Source: Nitrosopumilaceae archaeon (lineage in GTDB: Archaea; Thermoproteota; Nitrososphaeria; Nitrososphaerales; Nitrosopumilaceae). Taken from it: DNA of 64,000 nt. The stretch is from assembly GCA_965209085.1 (NCBI GenBank), contig OZ242376.1, positions 1,344,001-1,408,000 on the forward strand. Reading direction: 5' to 3'. The notes beneath the pieces are model-generated. The model searched no databases. It saw only the letters and a list, made by a program, of their open reading frames with translations, and was not told the DNA's origin. Below, piece by piece: positions 9,468 to 19,201 of the stretch. A program made the position numbers and the translations under genes. Position 1 is the stretch's first letter. Each line of letters opens with the position of its first letter.

Positions 9468-10469
9468 TTACAGATATGTAATTTTTGAGAGATGTTTTGC
9501 CGCTTTTAATTCATTATCAAATTCATGAGCGCTCATTACATTTTGTTGCTCGTATATGCTTTTGAATTTTCTGCCATCATCGGCAAATATTCCCACGACA
9601 TAATTATCATCCCCGTCCAGACTGTATTTTTGCATGCATTTGTAGACTGCCGCAGAGGACGGACTGATAAGCATATTGTCCTTTTGGCAGACTTTTTTTA
9701 CGACTCCAAACGCCTCTGCGTTTGTTACAGTTATCCAATCATCCACGACATTTTCGCGTTTTAAAAACAGGTCAGGTTTTGCAGATTCCTCAAAATTGCG
9801 CCACCCCTGAATCATGTGATCTTTTTGCGGCTGACAGCCGATTATTTTTATCGCCGGATTTTTCTCCTTTAGATACGTGCCAATTCCGGTTATCGTTCCG
9901 CCGGTTCCAATTCCGGTGAAAAAATGCGTGATCTTTCCCCCCGTTTGTTCCCACAATTCAGGGCCCGTACCTTTGTAATGCCCCATGTAATTTGCCTCGT
10001 TGGCGTACTGGTTTGGCGAATAATACGTGTCAGGTCTAGAGGATGCAATTGACGTGGCAAGTGCGATGCTCTGATCTGTTCCGGCACCCACCTTTGGGCA
10101 TAGATCATCGGAGGTTTCAAAGACTTTGGCGCCCAGATTTCTTATTATATCCTTTGTCTCCTGGCTTGCTTTTTCAGGTATGACAATTTCCACTTTGTAA
10201 CCTAGTATGTTTGCGATTCCAGTCAGGGCTATTCCGGTGTTGCCCGAGGTGGGCTCTATTATGATGCTTTTTCCAGGAACCAGCTTGCCGCGCTCCTCGC
10301 CGTCGCGAATCATCCAGTATGCTGCCCTGTCTTTTACAGAACCAAACGGATTATGACCCTCCAGTTTTGCATAAAAATCCCCAGCAGATCCTGACAGTGA
10401 GTCAAGTTTTACAAGCGGCGTATTTCCAATGCGCGAGAGCGTCTCTTTATCGGATGCTGTTTGTTCCAC
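9468..10469 (-). CDS. PLP-dependent cysteine synthase family protein
   Basis: IGNTPLV, NPFGSVKDR (PLP Lys), PTSGNTG, GTGGT. Confidence 0.9.
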   Translation of the reverse strand: MEQTASDKETLSRIGNTPLVKLDSLSGSAGDFYAKLEGHNPFGSVKDRAAYWMIRDGEERGKLVPGKSIIIEPTSGNTGIALTGIANILGYKVEIVIPEKASQETKDIIRNLGAKVFETSDDLCPKVGAGTDQSIALATSIASSRPDTYYSPNQYANEANYMGHYKGTGPELWEQTGGKITHFFTGIGTGGTITGIGTYLKEKNPAIKIIGCQPQKDHMIQGWRNFEESAKPDLFLKRENVVDDWITVTNAEAFGVVKKVCQKDNMLISPSSAAVYKCMQKYSLDGDDNYVVGIFADDGRKFKSIYEQQNVMSAHEFDNELKAAKHLSKITYL

Positions 10470-10706
10470 TTATTTCACCTTTTTAATAGAAAATTCTATT
10501 ACTCCGCCGTCTTTTTTTTCCACGCCGAGCAATTCATGACCGCTTTTAGTAACCCAGCGCGATATGTCATCTTCGGCTGCAGGATCGTCTGCAAGCACCA
10601 AAAGTTTTTCCCCCACCTGCATCTGTTCTATCTCTATTTTTGTTCTAAACACCGGTTCTGGACAAAACAAACCCACGGCGTCAAGTTTTCTTGCATCATC
10701 GGACAT
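10470..10706 (-). CDS. tusA: TusA/SirA-family sulfur carrier
   Basis: LDA.GL.CPEP and DDPAA..DI. Confidence 0.88.
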   Translation of the reverse strand: MSDDARKLDAVGLFCPEPVFRTKIEIEQMQVGEKLLVLADDPAAEDDISRWVTKSGHELLGVEKKDGGVIEFSIKKVK

Positions 10707-10753
10707 TGCATATCATCTAAACTTGTGTCTATAAAATCTATACGGATTCCAGG

Positions 10754-11485
10754 TTATCGAAACAAATCCTCATCATGTGTGCGCAGCAAATCCTGCGAGC
10801 CGCATTTTACATTTTCAAACTTGTATCCCCGGATTATTGTTATCGGCGAGCCGGAGGTCTTTTTTGAGACAAGCTCAGCTGCGGCACACAGCTGATCTGC
10901 CACGGCTATGGCAGTTACGCGCAACGTTCGGCCAAACGCATCAGATGATCCGGCATAATTTTTGATTGGTGCAATCCCAGCTGATCCTATCGCACAGTCT
11001 GTCTGACCCATGCGAAACGGCCTTCCAAACGTATCAGATATGATGACTGCCGTGTTTTTGCCCGTTTTTTTCAAAATTGATTTGCGCAGTATCTCAGCTG
11101 ATGCATCAGGATTCTCAGGCAGTAATGCTGCATACCCCGGAGGTATGTTGCTCTCATCCACCCCGGCATTTGCGCAGATAAAACCAGAATGTGTTTCGGT
11201 TATTAAAATTCCAGATCGCATGCGTACAATGCGTGCGGATTCGTTCAATACTAGTTGAACCATGCGTGGATCTTTGCTGTATGCTGATGCAATTCCAAGT
11301 GCAAGATTCTCCGGTGTTACAGAATCAAGCAGTACAATCCGGCCTTCCTGTTTTGAGATTATTTTTTGTGAGCACACCACCACGTCCCCATCCTGCACAA
11401 ATGACAAACCTCCGGCAGCATGTAGGATATCCTGCCCCTTTACAATCTCCCCGTCAATATGTATTGGCAGTATTTGTATTCCCAT
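10754..11485 (-). CDS. cofE: Coenzyme F420-0:L-glutamate ligase
   Basis: QKIISKQEGR, ANAGVDESN, DTFGRPFR.G. Confidence 0.9.
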   Translation of the reverse strand: MGIQILPIHIDGEIVKGQDILHAAGGLSFVQDGDVVVCSQKIISKQEGRIVLLDSVTPENLALGIASAYSKDPRMVQLVLNESARIVRMRSGILITETHSGFICANAGVDESNIPPGYAALLPENPDASAEILRKSILKKTGKNTAVIISDTFGRPFRMGQTDCAIGSAGIAPIKNYAGSSDAFGRTLRVTAIAVADQLCAAAELVSKKTSGSPITIIRGYKFENVKCGSQDLLRTHDEDLFR

Positions 11486-11512
11486 TGAAAATGTTCTTTT
11501 CTTTGGTGTGTT

Positions 11513-12160
11513 TTATTGTTTGTTTGGATCAAAAGATACGCCATAGTGATCCTCTATCATATCCGCCACTCGCATGAGGTTTTTTTCCTCGATTATGACA
11601 TCTGCAAGCTTTTTTACATTATTCTGCGCCCTATATGCAATGCCAAGGCCGCATATCTCAAAGAGCTTTATGTCGTTTGCGCCATCAACTACAACTACGA
11701 TGTTTTTGGGATCTTCATTCCATTCGGATATTTTTGCCGATGCCGGTTTTGCCTTGTCAGAGCCGATGCTTATTTTTACGCCGTCAAGTTTGCCGTTATC
11801 AAACAAGAGCTCGTTTGAATACACATAATCCAAATTCAATTCTTTTTTGAGCCGTTCGGTCATGATTGTAAATCCGCCAGATATTGCCATAATATGCCAT
11901 CCGGCATTTTTCAGGGTACGGCACAGATCATGCGCGCCAGGCATTATGGGAAGCGAGTCTGCAATTTTTTGACATTCCTCATACGGTATGCCGCGCAGTT
12001 CGTTGATTCGCGTATGCAGTCCCACCTCCCAGTTTAATTCCCCTGTAATGCCTTTTTTTGTAATATCCCATATGCGATCTTCTTTTCCAATTGTTTCAGC
12101 TAGGATCGGAAGGTATTCGGCATCAAATAGAACTCCCTCTACGTCAAAAATAGCTAGCAA
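11513..12160 (-). CDS. serB: Phosphoserine phosphatase (HAD family)
   Basis: FDVEGVL, ISGGF, DGANDI. Confidence 0.85.
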   Translation of the reverse strand: MLAIFDVEGVLFDAEYLPILAETIGKEDRIWDITKKGITGELNWEVGLHTRINELRGIPYEECQKIADSLPIMPGAHDLCRTLKNAGWHIMAISGGFTIMTERLKKELNLDYVYSNELLFDNGKLDGVKISIGSDKAKPASAKISEWNEDPKNIVVVVDGANDIKLFEICGLGIAYRAQNNVKKLADVIIEEKNLMRVADMIEDHYGVSFDPNKQ

Positions 12161-12280
12161 TTTTTGATATTGTTTTCTAAAACCGACTAATAATGTTAGC
12201 TATGATCGTTTTTTAGACACGGTTCAAGGTTGCAATTTCAATAGCTACCAATAAATCACGCCATATGCTCGCTGTAAATA

Positions 12281-12565
12281 TTGAATAATGAATCACACAA
12301 ATATGAAGTAAAAGTGTTAAAGCTTGAAAAACCGCAAAAGCTTACTCTGGAGATTAAAGAGAGTTTAAAATCGGCAGGAATGGTTGACGCGAACGGCAAA
12401 ATGAAGATCAAAGGAGTCAGTGGTAAAATGCTAAAACGCATGAAACAGGAATCCGTAGATTGTCCGGTTTTAAAGACAGAGGTCCAGTTTGTCCAGTGTT
12501 TTATATGCCCAAATTTTCAGAGCAGGGTTAAAGGCTTCGTACTCTGCAAAGGCAACAAGCTGTAA
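12281..12565 (+). CDS. Small hypothetical protein with 4 Cys (possible Zn site)
   Basis: CPV...CFICPNF...C near the C-terminus. Confidence 0.65.
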   Translation: MNNESHKYEVKVLKLEKPQKLTLEIKESLKSAGMVDANGKMKIKGVSGKMLKRMKQESVDCPVLKTEVQFVQCFICPNFQSRVKGFVLCKGNKL

Positions 12566-12623
12566 AACCACATTCTAGTGTATTTTTGCAAAGGCTCATA
12601 ATACATACGGGTTTGCCCATGGT

Positions 12624-14090
12624 GTGAACAAAGGGGAGATCGGCATTACGGCCTCCAAAAAGGATAATTTTAGCGAATGGTATACGCAGGTGGTTTTAAA
12701 GGCAGAACTGGCAGATTATGCCCCAGTAAAGGGACTAATCGTACTGCGTCCTGACGGCTATTCAATATGGGAATCTCTAAAGGTTTCACTTGACAAAAAA
12801 CTTGCTGAGCGAGGCGTCAGCAACGGATTTTTGCCCATACTCATACCAGAGTCACTTCTTAGCAAGGAGAAGAAACATTTTGCAGGATTTGATCCAGAGG
12901 TGTTTTGGGTTACGCATTCAGGTAGCGAGGAGCTTGGTGAAAAACTTGCATTGCGGCCAACTTCGGAGACATTGGCATATACAATGTATGCCAAATGGAT
13001 AAAGAGCTGGCGAGATTTGCCGCTTCGGATTAATTTTTGGAATACTGCACTGCGCGCTGAAATAAAGGCAACAAAACCGTTTTTGCGCACGTCAGAATTT
13101 TTATGGCAAGAGGGACACACCGTTCATGCAGACAGCAGCGAGGCAGAAAACGAGACGGATGCAATTATGGAAATATACAAAAAAACCGTGGAAGAGGAGC
13201 TGGCCATACCCGTAATTACCGGTAAAAAAAGTGAAAAAGAACAGTTTGTCGGTGCAGTATATACAATAACAATGGAATCGATGATGCCAGACGGCAGGGC
13301 ATTGCAGATGGGGACCTCGCACTTTTTGGGGCAGAATTTTTCAAAACCTTTCCAAGTAAAATATGCAGACAAGGACAACGTGGAGAGATTCGCATGGCAG
13401 ACTTCATGGGGCGTCTCATGGAGACTTTTGGGCGCCATGATTATGGTTCACGGAGACGATCACGGACTGGTTTTGCCCCCAAAGGTGGCTCCAATCCAGG
13501 TGGTTATAATACCGATATACTATTCAAAAGAAGAAGAAAAAGCGGTCATAACCCGAGCAGAACAGATGCGCATGGAAATCTCAAAGATGGGAATGCGCGC
13601 GCGCATGGACAAAAGGGAAGGTTTGACTCCAGGATTCAAATATCACGACTGGGAGATGCGCGGCGTTCCGCTTCGTATTGAAATAGGTCCAAGGGATCTA
13701 AAGGAGAGTATTGCCGTATTTGCAAGGAGAACGGGAGGTAAGGAAAAGATCCCGCTAAAAGATGCAGCAGTGGCGGCAAAAAAAGCCATGGATGAGATAC
13801 AGTTGGAAATGTTAGTGGCGGCAAAAAAAATACTTGCAGAGAACATACGCGATGTTGCAACGTATGAGGAGTTCAAGACTGCGCTTGGAGTCGGGGATGA
13901 TTCTTCACGCGGGGGAGGGTTTTTGAGATCCCCATGGTGCGGGAAGACCTCGTGTGAGGATGCAGTAAAAGAGGATACGGGTGCGGACATACGTGTCATA
14001 CCAGATGATGAATGCGTTCAGGATGGCTCCAAATGCGTGTATTGTGGAAAGATTGCAACACATGTTCCGCTTTTTGCAAGAGGCTACTAG
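12624..14090 (+). CDS. proS: Prolyl-tRNA synthetase (archaeal/eukaryal type)
   Basis: FSEWY, LRPTSET, FLRTSEFLWQEGHT, QTSWGVSWR, C-terminal FARGY. Confidence 0.96.
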   Translation: MNKGEIGITASKKDNFSEWYTQVVLKAELADYAPVKGLIVLRPDGYSIWESLKVSLDKKLAERGVSNGFLPILIPESLLSKEKKHFAGFDPEVFWVTHSGSEELGEKLALRPTSETLAYTMYAKWIKSWRDLPLRINFWNTALRAEIKATKPFLRTSEFLWQEGHTVHADSSEAENETDAIMEIYKKTVEEELAIPVITGKKSEKEQFVGAVYTITMESMMPDGRALQMGTSHFLGQNFSKPFQVKYADKDNVERFAWQTSWGVSWRLLGAMIMVHGDDHGLVLPPKVAPIQVVIIPIYYSKEEEKAVITRAEQMRMEISKMGMRARMDKREGLTPGFKYHDWEMRGVPLRIEIGPRDLKESIAVFARRTGGKEKIPLKDAAVAAKKAMDEIQLEMLVAAKKILAENIRDVATYEEFKTALGVGDDSSRGGGFLRSPWCGKTSCEDAVKEDTGADIRVIPDDECVQDGSKCVYCGKIATHVPLFARGY

Positions 14091-14091
14091 T

Positions 14092-15402
14092 ATGGAGGTT
14101 TTAGAGGAGGGCTCATCTCTTGAAATTTTAAAAGAATTTGAGCGCGTTCGCGCTGCCACCATAAATCTGGTAAAAACATTAGAGGCTGACGATTATGCTG
14201 TACAAACTGCACCGTATACGAGCCCTCCAAAATGGCATATCGGACATACAAGCTGGATATACGAGGCAATAATGAGTAAAATCGATGCAGAGTATGAATT
14301 TTACTCTGAAGAATATTCCAAATGCCTAAACTCGTATTACCAGCAGTTTGGAAAGCCGCACGATAAATCAAAACGTGGCGTAATATCCCGCCCCACTACA
14401 AAGCAGATATTCAAATATGCTGAAATTGTAAACAATAGGATCAGGGAATTTATCCCATCATGCAGTCAGGATGCAAAAAATATCAGACTCTTAGAGACAG
14501 GATTTCATCACGAATGCCAGCATCAGGAACTGCTCGTATACGATCTGCAGCACATGCTTGCAGACAAGTACAGACCGGTACAAAAAAACAAATCTCCTGA
14601 ATTTAGCCAAGTTGATGAGCAAAAAACAGTTCATGTTGACGGCGGTCTGTATCAGATGGGGTATAATGGAAACGGTTTTTGCTATGACATAGAGATGCCA
14701 GAGCACAGGGTATATCTTGAAGAGTATCTGTTGGATGTATTTCCCGTAACCTGCGGCCAGTATGCTGAATTTATCAAAGATGACGGGTATGAAAATTACA
14801 AGTACTGGCTTGCTGACGGATGGAACAAGGTAAACGAGAATGGGTGGAAGTGTCCCATGTATTGGATAAAATCGGACGGGGAATGGTTTGTGCATGATTT
14901 TGCAGGATTGCGCCACATAGATCCTGCAGAACCAGTATGCAATGTAAGCTATTATGAGGCAAGTGCATACTGCAAATGGGCAGATAAGAGACTTCCCACA
15001 GAGGCAGAATGGGAAAAAGCTGCCACATATGATCCAGATACTGATGAGAAAAAAGAGTACCCGTGGGGTTCAGAGAGGCCGGATCTTATCAAAACAAATC
15101 TTCTTGAATCCTACATATGGAAGCCCTCACGCATAGGATCGTATCCGTCAAGCTCAAGTCCCTCTGGATGCGAGCAGATGATTGGCGATGTGTGGGAATG
15201 GACCTCGTCTGAATTTACAGGGTATCCTGGGTTCAAGTCCGGATTTGATGAATACAATGACAAGTGGTTTACGAATCAAAAAGTTCTAAGAGGCGGCTCG
15301 TTTGCAACCCCGTCCATGTCGGTGCGCGCAAGCTATAGGAATTTTTTCAGGCTTGATGAAAGATGGATGTTTGCAGGATTCCGATGCGCACAGGATGTCT
15401 AA
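14092..15402 (+). CDS. egtB: Ergothioneine biosynthesis sulfoxide synthase EgtB
   Basis: SPPKWHIGHT, HECQHQEL metal motif, FGE-sulfatase domain (RLPTEAEWEKAA, GDVWEWT, YRNF); convergent with egtD. Confidence 0.9.
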   Translation: MEVLEEGSSLEILKEFERVRAATINLVKTLEADDYAVQTAPYTSPPKWHIGHTSWIYEAIMSKIDAEYEFYSEEYSKCLNSYYQQFGKPHDKSKRGVISRPTTKQIFKYAEIVNNRIREFIPSCSQDAKNIRLLETGFHHECQHQELLVYDLQHMLADKYRPVQKNKSPEFSQVDEQKTVHVDGGLYQMGYNGNGFCYDIEMPEHRVYLEEYLLDVFPVTCGQYAEFIKDDGYENYKYWLADGWNKVNENGWKCPMYWIKSDGEWFVHDFAGLRHIDPAEPVCNVSYYEASAYCKWADKRLPTEAEWEKAATYDPDTDEKKEYPWGSERPDLIKTNLLESYIWKPSRIGSYPSSSSPSGCEQMIGDVWEWTSSEFTGYPGFKSGFDEYNDKWFTNQKVLRGGSFATPSMSVRASYRNFFRLDERWMFAGFRCAQDV

Positions 15403-16436
15403 ATTTCCGGCGATGCAAGTGTAAGTGAAAACATGTCACCATCATCATGCCACATTTTTTCTGTTTTCATTCCAGCCTGAGATAACATTAGATTGATGGA
15501 GTCAGGTGTGTATTTGAACGAATTTTCAGTGTGCAGCATTTCATCTTTTTCAAATACTGCACGTATCCCCGATTTTGGTATCCATACAGTCTGCCTTTGT
15601 TTTGATTTCAAGTACATGCCAACACGCATCTGTTTCTCATCGTATACTGCATGATGCTCAAACAGTTCTGGGTTAAAATCAGCTCCAAGCTCAGAATTTA
15701 TTCTGTACAGTATGTTTTTGTTGAATTTTGCTGTAATTCCAGAAGCATCATCGTATGCGGCATGCAAAATACTGGCATCCTTGTTTAAATCCAGTCCTAT
15801 CAAAAACAAATCCCCCTTGCGCATGCATGAGCGCACAGTACGTAAAAATTCCAACGCAGTCTCAGGATTCATGTTGCCAAGGCTGGATCCCAAAAATGCT
15901 ATCAATACAGGCATGTGATCAATATTTCCGACAAGATCCATACCCCCATAGTATGTATCAATTATCCCTTTAACGGTAATCTTTTCGTATACATCAAGCA
16001 ATGGCATGCAGTTTTCCCCTATGACACCGGATATGTCAACTGGCATGTATTCAATGTGGCGTTCACCGGCACCCATCGCATCAAGTATAATCTGTGTTTT
16101 TACCGAAGATCCGCTGCCAAGCTCTACAAGTCGCGTTGTGTTTGCAGTATATTTGGCAATCTCATTTGCATGCGTGCAGAGAATCTTAGATTCGGTGCGT
16201 GTGATATAGTATTCGTCAAGATTGCAAATTTTTTCAAACAATGCAGAGCCGGCATCATCATAAAAAAATTTCGGATCAAGGTATTTTGGCACAGACCCAA
16301 GTCCTTTTGCCACCTCGGATGCAAACGTTATTTCAGATTTTTTTGAGCTGCGTTTGAGGCATTCAAACCGTTTATCGATTATGTGGTGCTCATATTCAAG
16401 CATCTGCGCCTTGGCATCAGGTGTCAACACTTGCAA
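15399..16436 (-). CDS. egtD: L-histidine N-alpha-methyltransferase EgtD
   Basis: PKFFYDD.GS.LF..I..L.EYY.TRTE, ELGSGS..KT, AYDD..G.TA.FN.N.L, HTENSFKY. Confidence 0.92.
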   Translation of the reverse strand: MQVLTPDAKAQMLEYEHHIIDKRFECLKRSSKKSEITFASEVAKGLGSVPKYLDPKFFYDDAGSALFEKICNLDEYYITRTESKILCTHANEIAKYTANTTRLVELGSGSSVKTQIILDAMGAGERHIEYMPVDISGVIGENCMPLLDVYEKITVKGIIDTYYGGMDLVGNIDHMPVLIAFLGSSLGNMNPETALEFLRTVRSCMRKGDLFLIGLDLNKDASILHAAYDDASGITAKFNKNILYRINSELGADFNPELFEHHAVYDEKQMRVGMYLKSKQRQTVWIPKSGIRAVFEKDEMLHTENSFKYTPDSINLMLSQAGMKTEKMWHDDGDMFSLTLASPEI

Positions 16437-16568
16437 GCAAAAAACACAGCATAAAATCCTATCCCATATTACAGACAGTTTTTATCCGAATTTTTAATTT
16501 GGCAGTTATTCGTAAAATACGGTGCAGTATATGGCATTCTTGATATAGTCTTGAGGCATACTGTACGT

Positions 16569-16583
16569 ATGGATGAGATTCTA
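16569..16583 (+). pseudogene. Stranded 5' end (codons 1-5, MDEIL) of the ABC ATPase gene interrupted by the IS630
   Basis: ATG GAT GAG ATT CTA joins in frame to GTT GTT AGA AAT at 17702 once the IS and one TA are removed. Confidence 0.75.
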
Positions 16584-17699
16584 TACTGACACGCAAAAGT
16601 AACTGCAATTTATGACTCTAGGCACAATGTAACCGCAAGATATTTGGATCACCTCGGGTATGAATCAATCATGAACAAAGAACATCAGGAACTGTATAAT
16701 GCAAGCAGGCATGTCAAAGACAGAAAAGAGATATCAAAAATATATCTTGTAAGCATGGTCAAATACCAAAACATATCCATAGCTAAAGCTTCTGAATTAT
16801 TGATGAAAAGCTACAACTGGGGCAAAGAATGCATGCAACGATATGACGAGCTTGGATTAGACGGTCTTAAAACCCTGCCCAAATCGGGCAGGCCTTTATT
16901 ATTATCAAATATACGATTTAAAAAAATTATTGACATGACAAGACGAGAGAACGGTTCAGTTGATCCAAAACAGGTAATGCACAACATTAAACGCAAAACC
17001 GGAGTAAAATATCACATATCAAATATCAGAAAAAGACTCCACAAATTCTCATTTGTCAGCAAGGCTCCAAAAAGAATTCATGTCAATGCAGCTCCGGCAT
17101 CAGTCTGCTACAACTGGTCGCAAAACACTAGGCGTCAAATATGCCTACTTGAAGAGCGTGGATTTGCAGTAGGCGTTCAGGATGAATGTATAATAAAATA
17201 CGATTCATTATCCGGCAAGAAACTCTGGATTGAAATAAGCAAAAATTGTTACGTAAAATCCACAGGTTCTCACAAAAAAGTTGTTGTCTTTGGAGTACTC
17301 TTATCGGATGGCAGGCAGATGTTTGCAAGCTATGATTTGTTTGATGCAAAATCATTTCTCAAGTTTTTAAAAATGGCTCATCAAAAATTTGGAAAAATTT
17401 GCATAATTACGGATAGAGCTGCACAACACAGAAAATCCAAAATTATTAAAAAATATATCTCCGAGCACAAAGATGAGGTAAAGCTTTTGTTTTTCCCTAC
17501 AAGTTCACCGTTTCTGAGTGCCGTTGAAGAATGCTGGCATCAAGCCAAACGTGCGTTGGTCGTCTCTGAATATTATGAAACATTTGAGAATATGAAATAC
17601 GCAATTTCAGAATATTTTAGAACTGTACGATTCAAAGTATCAATCATGGATTTTATTATGAGAAAAGCTGTAGATTGCGGTTACTTTTGATCCGCAGTA
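16584..17699 (+). mobile_element. IS630-family insertion sequence (about 1116 bp) with TA target duplication
   Basis: TA at 16582-83 and 17700-01; imperfect TIRs: left TACTGacacgCAAAAGTAACtGCAATtTA, right (reverse complement) TACTGcggatCAAAAGTAACcGCAATcTA; visibly AT-richer than its flanks. Confidence 0.9.
16671..17690 (+). CDS. IS630-family transposase
   Basis: HTH region (GLDGL...PKSGRP) and DDE triad QDE / ITDRAAQH / SPFLSAVEECW; single uninterrupted frame. Confidence 0.92.
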   Translation: MNKEHQELYNASRHVKDRKEISKIYLVSMVKYQNISIAKASELLMKSYNWGKECMQRYDELGLDGLKTLPKSGRPLLLSNIRFKKIIDMTRRENGSVDPKQVMHNIKRKTGVKYHISNIRKRLHKFSFVSKAPKRIHVNAAPASVCYNWSQNTRRQICLLEERGFAVGVQDECIIKYDSLSGKKLWIEISKNCYVKSTGSHKKVVVFGVLLSDGRQMFASYDLFDAKSFLKFLKMAHQKFGKICIITDRAAQHRKSKIIKKYISEHKDEVKLLFFPTSSPFLSAVEECWHQAKRALVVSEYYETFENMKYAISEYFRTVRFKVSIMDFIMRKAVDCGYF

Positions 17700-18655
17700 T
17701 AGTTGTTAGAAATCTCCGCAAACATTATGTACGAAACGGTTTTTTTGGAAAAAAACTTCCTCCAGTCAAGGCAGTTGACGGTGTTTCTTTTTCAATAAAG
17801 CCAGGAAACGTGCTTGTTTTGGCAGGAGAGTCAGGTTCGGGTAAATCCACCATAGCAAGGCTGATACTTGGGGCAGAAGAGGCCGACTATGGAACTGTCC
17901 ATTTTAGAGGAGGCATTGTAGACTATGCATCCGGGAACAGGGTTGATGAGATACGTGCAGGATGCCAGATGATCCATCAAAATCCGTACGATTCGGTAAA
18001 TCCTCGCATGCGCGTCTTGGACATTATAGCAGAACCGCTTCAAATACACCACTGGAAGGGGGATAAAAAAGACAGAGTGTTACAGGTACTGCGCAAAGTA
18101 AAGATGGAACCGGCAGAAGATATTGCAATGGTGCTTCCCCATCAGCTCTCAGGAGGTCAAAGACAGCGAATCGTGCTAGCGCGCGCCCTAGCGTTAAAAC
18201 CAAAAATTATCATTGCAGATGAGCCAGTCTCCATGCTAGATGTTTCAATACGTGCAGAGATGCTAGAGATAATGGAATCGCTTCGGCGTGATTCAAATAT
18301 TGCATTTTTGTACATTACGCACGATTTGGCCACGGCAAAATACTTTGGAGACAGCATTGCTGTCATGTACAGGGGCCGCATAGTGGAATCAGGTCCGGTG
18401 CGTGAGGTTCTTGATGATCCAAGACATCCGTACACTCGGGCACTCATAGACGCAGTATCAGATCTTGATCCGGAAAATCTGAACAGGGAAAAAACCGTCA
18501 GAATAGACGAGAAAAAATACACGGATTTGCCCGGATGTGCGTTCGCTCCAAGATGCCCGTATGCTGCAGAACAATGCTCCAACGAACCGGAACTGAACAA
18601 AGCCGGTTTTGAGAGAAAAGTTTCGTGTTTTTTTCCAATCGGGGCGAGTGATTAA
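17675..18655 (+). CDS. Oligopeptide/dipeptide ABC transporter ATP-binding subunit (OppF/DppF-like), native start displaced by the IS
   Basis: GESGSGKST, LSGGQRQR, ADEPVSMLD, ITHDL, PRHPYT, C-terminal GC.FAPRCP. Confidence 0.88.
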   Translation: MRLLLIRSIVVRNLRKHYVRNGFFGKKLPPVKAVDGVSFSIKPGNVLVLAGESGSGKSTIARLILGAEEADYGTVHFRGGIVDYASGNRVDEIRAGCQMIHQNPYDSVNPRMRVLDIIAEPLQIHHWKGDKKDRVLQVLRKVKMEPAEDIAMVLPHQLSGGQRQRIVLARALALKPKIIIADEPVSMLDVSIRAEMLEIMESLRRDSNIAFLYITHDLATAKYFGDSIAVMYRGRIVESGPVREVLDDPRHPYTRALIDAVSDLDPENLNREKTVRIDEKKYTDLPGCAFAPRCPYAAEQCSNEPELNKAGFERKVSCFFPIGASD

Positions 18656-18674
18656 TAATCAGGCATACGGGTTT

Positions 18675-19178
18675 ATGTATGATTTGAGAAAAATAGCCAT
18701 TCGTAGAATGATTTTCTTGGCAATTGTAATGGTCGTGGTTGCAGGCATTATAATCTACAACTATAATATTGAACAAACAAATGCACGTGGTAAAATTTTT
18801 GGTGATGAGTTAAAATCAATACAGGACGATTTAAAAACAGAGCAAACAGATTTTGGAGCAAAGTTGTCTGCTGTACGAGCGGATAAATACACCACTGAGC
18901 AATTTTTAGTCCATGCGGATAGTCATTTTTTCATGATGCAGGATCTTGTGGACAGATACGAGTATTTGGAGCCGCCAAAACCGTACGAAACGGCCACGGA
19001 TCTTTTCAAACTCTCTACAATCTCGCAGCTTGATGGAGATCGTCAGGAAGTGCTGTTCATAACAACAGGGGATTCATCATACAAAGTGCGCGCCGATGAC
19101 CTTTATCAGGAATCATTCGAATACGAGCTTGCCGCGTTGGCAGATTACAAAAAAATGCAGAGTAGCGGGAGATCATAA
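18675..19178 (+). CDS. Hypothetical protein with N-terminal membrane anchor
   Basis: Hydrophobic stretch IFLAIVMVVVAGIIIY followed by a helical soluble domain. Confidence 0.7.
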   Translation: MYDLRKIAIRRMIFLAIVMVVVAGIIIYNYNIEQTNARGKIFGDELKSIQDDLKTEQTDFGAKLSAVRADKYTTEQFLVHADSHFFMMQDLVDRYEYLEPPKPYETATDLFKLSTISQLDGDRQEVLFITTGDSSYKVRADDLYQESFEYELAALADYKKMQSSGRS

Positions 19179-19201
19179 ATGATTCCACATAAATCCATAT
19201 T

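Noticed and set aside
13981-14091. N-terminal extension of EgtB overlapping proS
   Set aside because: An ATG at 14092, right after the proS stop, is the simpler start
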